Source: an uncultured Nitrospiraceae bacterium
Lineage (GTDB): Bacteria; Nitrospirota; Nitrospiria; Nitrospirales; Nitrospiraceae
DNA: 64,000 bases
Direction of reading: 5' to 3'
Assembly: GCA_963846575.1 (NCBI GenBank)
Contig: CAWJWJ010000002.1
Coordinates: forward strand, 1,792,001-1,856,000
The notes under the pieces were generated by a model. It was given only the letters and a program-made list of their open reading frames with translations. It searched no databases and was not told the origin of the DNA. Of the stretch, positions 33,078-42,372 are shown piece after piece. How positions within the stretch are numbered: the first letter of the stretch is position 1; the number at the start of each line of letters is the position of its first letter. A program made the position numbers and the translations under genes.

Positions 33078-34328
33078 ATGGGAGCCATGATTCTGCAGAT
33101 GGTGGGATGCTTACTGCTGGCGGCGGCCATAGGACTGATGATGGGGTGGTTGCTTCGCAGCTTTGCCACTTCGGAAAAGCGTCAACAGTTGTCTGAGATC
33201 GCGGGCCGGCTCCGGGGACGGGAACATGAACTCGACACCCTCAATCATGAACTCAAAGTCCGCACGTCAGCCGTACAGATGCTGGAAGGCAAGATGATCA
33301 CCTCCGAGGCGGCGCTCAAAGACCTGACCGCCGACCTCGCCTCCAAAGTCGAGGAACTGACGACCCTGCAAGCCGACGTGGCGGAAAAGGGCGTTCGCCT
33401 GCATGCCGTGCAGCGTGAACGAGATACCCTCCGGCGTGAGGTGGAAGAGATTGAAGCGACGCTGCAGGAGAAGGCCGCGGGATTTGCAGACATGCAGACA
33501 CAGATGGAAAATGCGGAAGATGTGTTGATCAGCCGCGATCAGGAGATTGCGACCTTGAAAACCTGGGTCGAACAACTGGCGCCGAAAGACGCAGAAATCG
33601 CGCGGTTGCGCGGACGCATCGAAGAGTTGGAACCCTATGTGCAACGGAGCCGGCAGTTGGAGCGCGAACAGGAACAGGACGGGATCCGCGCCGCCTCCCA
33701 GTTGCAGGCCAAGGAGCAGGAACTTGCGGCCCACCAGAGCCGCCTCAAGCAGCGAGATGAGGAATTGTCCCTGTTGCGGACCCGAAGCCAGGAAGACCTG
33801 ACGCGCGTCGAACAGACGTTGCAGCAACGAGATACGGAGATTGAAAGGCTGCGCGCGACGGTCGAGGAATTGAACCGGTATCGGGAAGAAGTCGAAAAGA
33901 AAGATATCGCCCTTCGCGAGGCGGAGGAACGCCGGGTCATGGATATCAGCGAACGCGAAGAAGAGATCGGAGCCCTTCGCAAACGGCTGGTCGAGTATCG
34001 TGCGGCCCAGCGGGTCGGCGCGCCCTCCAAGTCCACGCCGCCGGCCGAATCCATCGCCCACAGTGCCTCGGCCACGGGACGACATGCGGGAAAGGTCCGA
34101 CCACATCAGAAGGACGACCTTAAGCAGATCCATGGCATCGGACCGGTCATGGAGCGGGTTCTGAACCGTATGGGGATGTTCACGTTTCGGCAGATTGCCG
34201 AGTGGAAAGATCAAGACGTCGAACATATGGCGTCCGAACTCAATACCTTTCCGGATCGCATCCGCCATGACAATTGGATCGCCGGCGCGAAAGAACAGCA
34301 TTTTATCAAATACGGAGAAGAACTCTAA
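33078..34328 (+). CDS. TM + long coiled coil + C-terminal helix-hairpin-helix (COG3743-like) protein
   Basis: N-terminal TM; E/Q/R-rich heptads; DDLKQIHGIGP...FRQIAEW...RIRHDNWIAGAK. Confidence 0.8.
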   Translation: MGAMILQMVGCLLLAAAIGLMMGWLLRSFATSEKRQQLSEIAGRLRGREHELDTLNHELKVRTSAVQMLEGKMITSEAALKDLTADLASKVEELTTLQADVAEKGVRLHAVQRERDTLRREVEEIEATLQEKAAGFADMQTQMENAEDVLISRDQEIATLKTWVEQLAPKDAEIARLRGRIEELEPYVQRSRQLEREQEQDGIRAASQLQAKEQELAAHQSRLKQRDEELSLLRTRSQEDLTRVEQTLQQRDTEIERLRATVEELNRYREEVEKKDIALREAEERRVMDISEREEEIGALRKRLVEYRAAQRVGAPSKSTPPAESIAHSASATGRHAGKVRPHQKDDLKQIHGIGPVMERVLNRMGMFTFRQIAEWKDQDVEHMASELNTFPDRIRHDNWIAGAKEQHFIKYGEEL

Positions 34329-34424
34329 CCGCCGGAGCGATCCGGTGGAACGACCCCCTGCACGCTCCCGGTTCACGCGCGCCGTGGTCTTGCATTCTCT
34401 CTCGCCCCCTGCGGATGATCCGCA

Positions 34425-35213
34425 ATGATCACATCAACCTTCTGCCTGCTTCCTGGGATCGGACTTCAAACGGAGCGTCGATTCTGGCGGGAGGGACTGT
34501 CTACCTGGGATCGTTTTCTGGCCGCTCGCACGGTCCGGGGGATCAGCGCTGCCCGAAAGACGCTGTTCGATGACCGGATCGCGGTAGCTCAGGAGCAGTT
34601 CTCTCGAGGCGCGAGCCGCTACTTTTCCAGGATCCTCCCCTCTCGTCACCAATGGCGCCTCTACGAATGGCTGCGGGGGCGGGCTCTGTATCTCGATATA
34701 GAGACCGACTCCTTTGGACGGATCACGGTGGTAGGGCTCTACGGTCGGGACAGTTACACCGCATTGGTGCAGGGGGAATCGCTGGGACTCGTCCGGCTGA
34801 AGGACGAGTTGTCCCGATACGATTTGCTGGTTACCTTCTGCGGCTCGACGTTCGACCTGCCCATGCTGCGCGCGCACTTTCCTGATCTTTCGTTCGATCA
34901 GCCCCATATCGATCTCTGCGGAGTCGGCCGGCAGTTGGGATACCGCGGCGGACTGAAAGCCATTGAACGCAGGATGGGCATTGAACGAATTCACGCCCTT
35001 CAAGGGTTCACGGGAGAGGATGCGGTACGGCAGTGGAATCGCTGGCGGCATCAGCGCGACGGGAATGCGCGGCGTCTCTTGCTGGCCTACAACGAGGCCG
35101 ATTGCGTCAACCTCCAACCTCTCGCGGATGCGTTCTACTGCCGACTGGTCCGGGCGTCAGGGATTGAAGACTTCACGGCTGAACCAATCGACACAATTTC
35201 CGGGCGGCGGTGA
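34425..35213 (+). CDS. YprB-like RNase H-fold 3'-5' exonuclease domain protein
   Basis: LYLDIET, TFCGSTFDLP, HIDL, GGLKAIER, YNEADC. Confidence 0.85.
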   Translation: MITSTFCLLPGIGLQTERRFWREGLSTWDRFLAARTVRGISAARKTLFDDRIAVAQEQFSRGASRYFSRILPSRHQWRLYEWLRGRALYLDIETDSFGRITVVGLYGRDSYTALVQGESLGLVRLKDELSRYDLLVTFCGSTFDLPMLRAHFPDLSFDQPHIDLCGVGRQLGYRGGLKAIERRMGIERIHALQGFTGEDAVRQWNRWRHQRDGNARRLLLAYNEADCVNLQPLADAFYCRLVRASGIEDFTAEPIDTISGRR

Positions 35214-35219
35214 AGGGGA

Positions 35220-35540
35220 TCAGGCGCGAGGGCCTGAGGCGTTGGAGCGTCTCGCTTTGCTGACACCTGTGGCGGCGGGACGAAGCCTGCGGCGATGTAA
35301 CGTTGCATTCTGCTGTGTGTGTTCGAAACGTACCTGAAACTGGTCAATGAGTTCCTGCGGCGCCACACGCGCCTGCGCTGCTGTCAGCTGCACCTCCGTG
35401 ACAAACTGGTTGAGCCCCGCCACCGGTCGCCATCCCACCTGGACGCCGTCGCTCATCACCGTGAGCGCGACCGGCACCAGCGCCAGAATGCGTCCTTCCC
35501 GATCGTACACCACGTGGTAGCATGCCTTCGTCGCTTTCAT
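35220..35540 (-). CDS. Hypothetical protein (MKATKACYHVVYD...)
   Basis: ATGA overlap with the upstream ORF; no recognisable motif. Confidence 0.6.
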   Translation of the reverse strand: MKATKACYHVVYDREGRILALVPVALTVMSDGVQVGWRPVAGLNQFVTEVQLTAAQARVAPQELIDQFQVRFEHTQQNATLHRRRLRPAATGVSKARRSNASGPRA

Positions 35541-35869
35541 CGGGCCGGCGCCACAACCATGCGAGGACGAAACGTCGCGCTGTCGTGGCCGGGGTTGCGC
35601 CACGTGGCGAGCCAGTTGGTGCTGGCCGGGCCGGGCGAAGGACGGCGCTCCCTCACAGGACGTTGCGCGACGATTTCAATGGTCGCAGCAGGAACGGGAC
35701 GGTCCGGTCGTACATCCGTATATTCCGGCACGGCGCTCATCCAGTGCCAACGATCCGGCTCGATCAGCGAATGCCCGTTGCCATCGACGACCCAATGAAG
35801 CAACGTCACCTCCGCGCCGGCAGCCACCACCACCTCGGGCCATGTGTAGACATCAACCGTCACTCCCAT
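35537..35869 (-). CDS. Hypothetical protein (110 aa, Trp/Pro/Val-rich)
   Basis: GGAGGA RBS; upstream sigma70 promoter. Confidence 0.65.
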   Translation of the reverse strand: MGVTVDVYTWPEVVVAAGAEVTLLHWVVDGNGHSLIEPDRWHWMSAVPEYTDVRPDRPVPAATIEIVAQRPVRERRPSPGPASTNWLATWRNPGHDSATFRPRMVVAPAR

Positions 35870-35961
35870 GCGATCCTCCAGGTTTCCTGCCGCAGCGATT
35901 CACACCCTCAACTCGAGAGCGAAACCTGCCCCGCGCCACAAACTTCTTCCAATGGATGAGG

Positions 35962-35990
35962 AGTATAGCCAGCAGCTGCAGGATGGTCAA
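35962..35990 (-). promoter_or_regulatory. Putative sigma70 promoter
   Basis: TTGACC-17 bp-TATACT on the minus strand. Confidence 0.7.
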
Positions 35991-36218
35991 TTCGCAGATG
36001 GAGTTGATTGGGCCCGGAGATCCCTGGGAAAAGAGTGCACCAGCCGATTGGCTTCGCACCCGCCCTTCACATGACCGCCTGAGTCAAGCCGATGCATGAG
36101 CACTGCTTTGTTTCGTTGTGTCCCGGCCTGACACCTGTGGAGAAAAGTCTTCTCAAGCGACGCGTGGCGAGCGTGCCGTTATGTGCAGCGCTCATCAGCT
36201 TCCCCGCGTGACGGTCAC

Positions 36219-37076
36219 TCAGTAGAGAATCGAGGGAAGAAACGCGCCGGAGGGTTGCTGATAGAGACCAGTACTCATCAAGGTCATCGGATAGGTTATG
36301 CGCAGGCCGTGATCAAGGCACCAGCGCAACAACTCGCCATTCCGGGTCGGCAGCAGAAATCCGGGGCTTTGAAACGAAGTCGCCGCACCGATCAATGCTT
36401 TCAATTCTTCGTTCGTCCGGCCGACGGCATGCCCAAAAAACCCGAGCAGGGTGGCATACCCCGTGACCGTGCCGCCATATTCCACCACGAGGGCGGTGCC
36501 CTGCTTAGTCGCCTCAAACAATTCCCGTTTCCTGTCGTGTCCATGAACCTGGAAACACAACCGATTGCAGGCATCAAGATCTCCGGCCGTCGCCGACCGT
36601 ACCGTATACCCCGGATGTTGAATGCCCAACAGCGGACCCTGCATGACCGAAAGCGGTTCGCGCGCATCGAAACCAAGCTTGCTATACAGAGAGAGTGAGC
36701 GGTTGTGGTATGCCGCCTGCACGAGACGCACGCCGGCAAAATATTTGGCGCGGGCGCGATCCAGGACACGTTCCATCAACTGGCGCCCGATCGAGCCATT
36801 TTGCACCGACGGGTCGACTGTGATCGGCCCGACGCCTGCGATCACATCCCCTTCCCAGAGAAAGTTGCTCCCGACGATACCGCGTTCCATCTCTGCGACA
36901 ACGGAGTAGATGTCATTTTTTGATAATAACATCGTGAGAAGGCCGACCGCTGTCTCCGGTTGTGGAAAATCGACCGGAAAGTTGTGCTGCTCTGCGATGA
37001 GGCGGAAGGCCTCGTAGAACACGGCCCCGCAGGCCTGCGCGTCCTCACTGATTCCCGGCCGAAACGTCGCGTGCAT
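36219..37076 (-). CDS. GNAT family N-acetyltransferase (tandem GNAT-like)
   Basis: VDPSVQNGSIGRQLM acetyl-CoA motif, LYSKLGF; AAGGA RBS. Confidence 0.85.
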   Translation of the reverse strand: MHATFRPGISEDAQACGAVFYEAFRLIAEQHNFPVDFPQPETAVGLLTMLLSKNDIYSVVAEMERGIVGSNFLWEGDVIAGVGPITVDPSVQNGSIGRQLMERVLDRARAKYFAGVRLVQAAYHNRSLSLYSKLGFDAREPLSVMQGPLLGIQHPGYTVRSATAGDLDACNRLCFQVHGHDRKRELFEATKQGTALVVEYGGTVTGYATLLGFFGHAVGRTNEELKALIGAATSFQSPGFLLPTRNGELLRWCLDHGLRITYPMTLMSTGLYQQPSGAFLPSILY

Positions 37077-37231
37077 GGCAAGTTCCTTTCACTGGCCGGT
37101 CCGCATCACCAGGCCTCGAACGCGCACAGCCTGCGGCCAGGGTACGTTTCGATGTGAGCCCTGTCAACTCCGGGACACGGCATGCTCAAGAATGGATCAC
37201 CCTGTCGCATACGTACCGAACCGGGCGGCCC

Positions 37232-37555
37232 CTATTCCTCGAAACCAGGACGAAGGAGGAATGGGCCATAGACCGCCGCGAACAGCAGATAGACGCCACT
37301 CCAGCTTGCCGCAGCAAAACTCAGCATGAGCGTCGTCGACACGCCTGTCCCGGGCCCGAACACCCGCAGGATGGCACCAACTGTCACCAGGGTATCCATG
37401 CTCACGGTGGCGTGCCCCGCATGTCTGGGCCGTCCCGTATGGCCCAGGCGCGCACGAGTCATGACCCTCAACGTCATCACGCCGATTGCGCCGGTGGTCA
37501 GTGCATGCACCGCGTCTTCATGCGACAGGCTGACCAGCCCGAAGACAGACGCGGG
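37232..37555 (-). pseudogene. nnrS: C-terminal remnant of an NnrS family membrane protein
   Basis: HALTTGAIGVMTLRVMTRARLGHTGRP...ILRV...W...F...YGPFL; in-frame stop just upstream, N-terminal part absent. Confidence 0.7.
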
Positions 37556-37794
37556 TCATATTGGTGCTGTGCGCGGCGGCCCGCGAGCCGGCAGTGCCTC
37601 AGCGAATTAAGGCTCTCTGTTCATGAAGCCCCAGAGGAAGGCGAGAAGAATGCTGGCGGCCGTGTGATTCTGCCCGAAGCCCGGATCTTGCTGTGCGGTT
37701 ACGAGACGGCTGGACCGGGGAACCGGCACTTCAGACCACCCTTTAGGTATCTCCAGCCGGCCGAAGCACTCCGTGACGAGGTGGGATCGGCAAC

Positions 37795-38727
37795 TCATGA
37801 AGCGGCAAGCTCAAGGTGTCGTTCATACCATGCGATGGTCCGCCTCAAGCCTTCGTCGAGCGACACCTTGGGAGTCCACCCCATCAACTCTTCTGCCGCT
37901 GTGAGATCGGCCTGACGCACTTGCTCAAGCTGGCGATCTGATCGCGTCCTGAAGAGAGGAACGATATCGGATCCCGTCAACTTCACGAGCTTCTCGACCA
38001 CGGTTCGAACCGTTTCGACTCGTCCCGACCCGATATCGATCGTTTTACCTTCGATATTGTCCGCAACCGCCGATGTCAGAAGCGCCTCCACGACATCATC
38101 GATATAAATCCAATCAATGGGGCGCTGGCCGCTGGAGAATGTGGGCACGTCTCCTTTCAACACCGAACGGATGGCATACGGAATAAGTTTTTGCATCGCG
38201 CGCTGGCCGGGTCCATAAACCATGAAGACCCGTAAGATCACGATCGGCAGTTGATAGAGCGCGTGAAACATCCGGGCATAGGCGCTACTGGCCCATTTCG
38301 TAACCGCGTAGGGGGAACTCGGGACGACCTCGTCGTGGTCCGACGACGGCTCCTCGAGCGATCCGGGCAGAACCAATCGTTCGCAGCCTATGGCTTGAGC
38401 AGCCGTCAGTAGATTCACGGTGGACGTGAGATTACCCTCGAACGTCGGCACGATCGCATCAGTGCTCCGCGTTCCGACCACATGGCCTGCCAAATGATAG
38501 ATGACGTGAGGCTTCACATCCTCGAGGACGCGTACGGTGGTGGGCAGATCGGCCATGTTTGCTTCATACCAGCGTATGGCTGCAGGTGCCCGGCGTTGCC
38601 GACCCCGTGAGACCGCATAGACGCATGCACCCACCTGAGCAAGGCGATCGAGCAGGTGTGCCCCGATAAACCCTCTACCACCAGTCACCAACACTCGCTT
38701 CCCGGCCAATGCGCTGAGGTTTGTCAT
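37795..38727 (-). CDS. NAD-dependent epimerase/dehydratase
   Basis: VTGGRGFIG, HLAG, SPYAVTK (YxxxK), VYGPGQ. Confidence 0.9.
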   Translation of the reverse strand: MTNLSALAGKRVLVTGGRGFIGAHLLDRLAQVGACVYAVSRGRQRRAPAAIRWYEANMADLPTTVRVLEDVKPHVIYHLAGHVVGTRSTDAIVPTFEGNLTSTVNLLTAAQAIGCERLVLPGSLEEPSSDHDEVVPSSPYAVTKWASSAYARMFHALYQLPIVILRVFMVYGPGQRAMQKLIPYAIRSVLKGDVPTFSSGQRPIDWIYIDDVVEALLTSAVADNIEGKTIDIGSGRVETVRTVVEKLVKLTGSDIVPLFRTRSDRQLEQVRQADLTAAEELMGWTPKVSLDEGLRRTIAWYERHLELAAS

Positions 38728-38959
38728 AGTCGGCTCTGCAACCTCCACTTCGCACGATCATATCTCCGGCCGGCCATCTCGCGCCGGGTTAGGAGCGAGA
38801 CTGACCGCTCCCAGTTGACACAGTTCCGACATCTCCCAATGCCTGTATTTTTTATACTCGCCGGTTGGATCTAATACAACCCCGGAAAATGGAGCGCTTA
38901 ATGAGCCGTGTGAATGATGAAAGAGGTCGCCCGAGACCCCTGTCTCCCGAAATTCCTCT

Positions 38960-41900
38960 TTACCGGATCGTGGCAAGGTATTCGATGAGGAGGACGAGGC
39001 CAGTGCCGCCGGTCGGCAATGCAATGGCGCCGAAAATCGGATGTTGGGTGAACGGCAGAAATGCCCCCTCGCGGTTCCGGGCGATCAGGTCGGCCATTCG
39101 TCCAATCTGTATCACGCTCGCGGATCCCTCCGGCAGGCCGGTCAATCCGGCTCGCAACTGGGCCAGGGCCATCCGCTTGGCCGCCTCAGCCGAACGACGC
39201 AAGTAGACGGCGTTCCCCAGCGCGTAGGCCGCGTTCAAACCGAAAATGACCACCAGGCTGATGGGAAAATCCCAACGGTCGAAGTACGTGTGCCGGGCGA
39301 TTATCATGAGAAACAGCACCACGACAGGATAATAAAGCATGCCGCTGATGACGGCCGTGCGCTGCGCAATGAATTCGATGCCCACCCACTCGTTCAAAAC
39401 GGTCCTGCCCACGCCATGGTGCACCGCCTCACGCGCCAGGAGATCCTCGGGCCACGCGAGCCTGGTGGCAATCATGATCTTGATCAAGCGGCGGCAGAGT
39501 CTGGTTGCGTCCACCACATAGAAGATCAACAGGATCATTCCAACGACGCTCAACAACAACACGAGCCGGTTGATGTCGAAACAAGCCGCGCCCCGGCAGG
39601 GCAGCGTGGGCACATCAAACAACGTCGTCAATATGAATCCCAGGATCGCATAAGAGACCGTTTGAGGGAGGATGCGGTAGAGCCGCTGCTTCCAGCGACC
39701 CAGGGCTTGGTATTCCTGCCACAGGTCGGCCGCCGGCAGGCCTCCCCCAGGGTGAGGACGCCAGTAGTGAATCCCCAACGGCGAACAAGGAATTACCGGC
39801 CTGGGTTTCCAGGACGGGAGACCGAATCTCAAGGCCAGGGCTCGATCGTTTTCCCTCAGCCTCATTGATGCGTCGTACAGGAATGCTCCGCAGAGGAACA
39901 ACGCGACGAGTCGAATGAACGTCGTCGGCCAGACGCTGACCCCGTCCATGAGACTGAACGGTTCCCCTCCCGCCCCATCACGCATCGCCCACAGGAAGAG
40001 ACCGGCCATGGTGCCCAGAAAGGCGACCATGAACAGCAGCTTGTCCCAACGGTGACGGTTTCGAAGTATTTCCAGGAACTCACTGTTGAGCAGCAAGGCG
40101 CACAGCAGCGCCGCACCCAGTGCCAGGAGCACGAGTCCGATGGTCCGGGTCTCGGGGAGGCGCTGCGTGCCGCGCACGACATCCAAGTCGGGACGCGGCG
40201 CATGAATACCCCGCACTCCCGGCTGAACCAGACTGAGGTCCACGGCGCCATGCCGGCCCACTTCGTAGAGCCTCGGCTTGTCCGCGGTCGAGTAGGTTTT
40301 CGCGGTCGACGCGCTCCGTACCTGCTCGTTCGCCGGATCCGTCCGTAGATAGTCCACGGCTTGCAACGCCGAATAAAACAAGGCGGTCTGATAACTGTCT
40401 CGAAAGGGAGGGATGGGCGTTTGAAGATCCGGGTGCAGTTCCAGTCCGAAATGTGACGCAATGATCAGATTCCGCGTCCACTGTCCCTGCCCTGAGTGGG
40501 TCACCCTGGCATCCAGGTCGGTGGTAAACAAGATCGCCCGAGGAAAGTCGTCCCGTAATGCTTGCAGGATCATGAGTTTGTCATAGACATCGCTACCCAG
40601 AACGCCGATGGCTTCAAAGGCCCTGCCTTCGTGTTTCAGGGTTTCCGCCAAACGGCGGACATAATCCAGCTGGCTGCGACCGGTGGGCGTTTCTCCGGCG
40701 CTCCTGGGAAACCCCAAGATCTGGTCTCCCGGTGTTCCCTTGCCCTGGGAACCGGCACCATCCTTTCCGTCCGCTTTCGGCGGTAACTCCCCGTCCAACC
40801 CGGCGAGATACGAATAACGGTGAACCCAGGTGGGCCATGCGCCTGCGCGAAGCCGGTTGAGCTCAGGCTCGAATCGTCTTCCTTCCGGGGCATCGCTGGC
40901 CCTGGCCATGCTTTCGGCCACGGCCACAAACGTCAGCGGCAAAGCCCGTCCATAGAGCGTATCCCATTCGGAAATCAACGCGACGTGAGGAACCTGGCAG
41001 GTGTCTTTCTCATGTGAGACAGCGGTCGGATCCGCGGTCCCATCCTTCAAATCCTTGCTGCAGTCCCCTGCCTCGGCCCGTGCGATCGTGAGGTCGACTC
41101 GACGGCGCTTCAGCTCCTGGACGAGCTGTTCTGCCAGTTCGTCATCCGTTCCGATCGTCCTGACAAATGACAGTCCACGCTGAGTGAACGCACCCGCGAC
41201 ATCCTGTTCATCCGCCGCCTTGCGTGGCTCGTCGAATAAAAAAGGAATGGCGGCGGTGGCCCAGGAGGAATAGAAAGTCGCGCCTTTCAACGCGCTGAGG
41301 TCGGAAGAAGGCCGCGTCAGTTCACTGAGCATCGCGGCGAGTGTGCCGGAGGTGCGCGGGCCCAACACCCTGTAACTCGCGCCTCCTTGACCGGGCCTGT
41401 CATTCAGATAGGTGATCAGCCCGCCCAAGATCGCCAGGGGATCGGGACTGAAATCCTGCTCTTTGAGCCACAACACCAACACCGGTTGTCTGCCCGACGA
41501 GATCCGGCTGTTCGAATCCGGCAGAAACCATTCAGCCGGGATCAGCAGCGGTGAGTCGGCAGACCGGGGCCATTCGACATAACGAATGTATTCTCCGGAT
41601 TCGGGCAGGTACCCTGCAGCACCCAGCGCCGAGCCCACGGCGTACCGTTCCTTCAACCTGGACTCAACCCCGTTGGCATAGGGGCTGCCATCCATAAAGA
41701 CGGGAAGCATTCGGAACCCCGATACGGCGGGCTCGAGGCGGATCGCCCGTAACAGATCGGAAAATGTGTGATGCGAATGAGCATGGGTCCCGCCGACGGG
41801 TTTCGATGATACCTCCTTGAGCTGATGAGTCGAGACGGCTTCGAACGGATCCTGCCAGAGCCGGGCCTGCACGCGATCGGCCTTCACGGACAGGTATTTC

Positions 41901-42034
41901 TCGGCCTCCTTATCGATCGGGCGCGAAGTCTTGAGCGGCACCTGGTAAATGATGAGACTGCTCACGGCCGCCAGCACCAGGGCGATCAGGCCAGTCAGGG
42001 GCAGCTTGAATTTCTCATCCGGTGGTTCGGCCAT
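38960..42034 (-). CDS. Large hypothetical membrane protein (1024 aa)
   Basis: N-terminal TM, ~600-aa soluble region, multi-TM C-terminus; upstream TTGACA-17-TAGCCT. Confidence 0.8.
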   Translation of the reverse strand: MAEPPDEKFKLPLTGLIALVLAAVSSLIIYQVPLKTSRPIDKEAEKYLSVKADRVQARLWQDPFEAVSTHQLKEVSSKPVGGTHAHSHHTFSDLLRAIRLEPAVSGFRMLPVFMDGSPYANGVESRLKERYAVGSALGAAGYLPESGEYIRYVEWPRSADSPLLIPAEWFLPDSNSRISSGRQPVLVLWLKEQDFSPDPLAILGGLITYLNDRPGQGGASYRVLGPRTSGTLAAMLSELTRPSSDLSALKGATFYSSWATAAIPFLFDEPRKAADEQDVAGAFTQRGLSFVRTIGTDDELAEQLVQELKRRRVDLTIARAEAGDCSKDLKDGTADPTAVSHEKDTCQVPHVALISEWDTLYGRALPLTFVAVAESMARASDAPEGRRFEPELNRLRAGAWPTWVHRYSYLAGLDGELPPKADGKDGAGSQGKGTPGDQILGFPRSAGETPTGRSQLDYVRRLAETLKHEGRAFEAIGVLGSDVYDKLMILQALRDDFPRAILFTTDLDARVTHSGQGQWTRNLIIASHFGLELHPDLQTPIPPFRDSYQTALFYSALQAVDYLRTDPANEQVRSASTAKTYSTADKPRLYEVGRHGAVDLSLVQPGVRGIHAPRPDLDVVRGTQRLPETRTIGLVLLALGAALLCALLLNSEFLEILRNRHRWDKLLFMVAFLGTMAGLFLWAMRDGAGGEPFSLMDGVSVWPTTFIRLVALFLCGAFLYDASMRLRENDRALALRFGLPSWKPRPVIPCSPLGIHYWRPHPGGGLPAADLWQEYQALGRWKQRLYRILPQTVSYAILGFILTTLFDVPTLPCRGAACFDINRLVLLLSVVGMILLIFYVVDATRLCRRLIKIMIATRLAWPEDLLAREAVHHGVGRTVLNEWVGIEFIAQRTAVISGMLYYPVVVLFLMIIARHTYFDRWDFPISLVVIFGLNAAYALGNAVYLRRSAEAAKRMALAQLRAGLTGLPEGSASVIQIGRMADLIARNREGAFLPFTQHPIFGAIALPTGGTGLVLLIEYLATIR

Positions 42035-42337
42035 GGAACGTCCTGCCTCCGTATTCGGTCTGAGTCGACCCCTCGAGAGTCGGCGACAGGCTAATCTCGG
42101 GAAAGGGAGCTGTCAACGGAGGAAGACGCCATCTGCCGCAAGGCACGGTCAAGCAGCAAATGTTTCTCTCATACGGACGATCCATCTCATCATCCTAGCG
42201 AGCCTGTCCGAACGCACCGCTCAGCTCTCGGAGGGTGACTCCGGGTCGCCTCCAACCGCGTGCGTGCAACGAGAGCTTCCAGGCCCCCGCGTAGCGTGAG
42301 CTCGGATGTTGTTCGGACCACCCTCCTTCCCCTGCGT

Positions 42338-42366
42338 TTGACTTCAACTTTTGCCCTATCTACAAT
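42338..42366 (+). promoter_or_regulatory. sigma70 promoter of dnaE
   Basis: TTGACT-17 bp-TACAAT, ending 6 nt before the GTG start. Confidence 0.75.
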
Positions 42367-42372
42367 CGCCCC

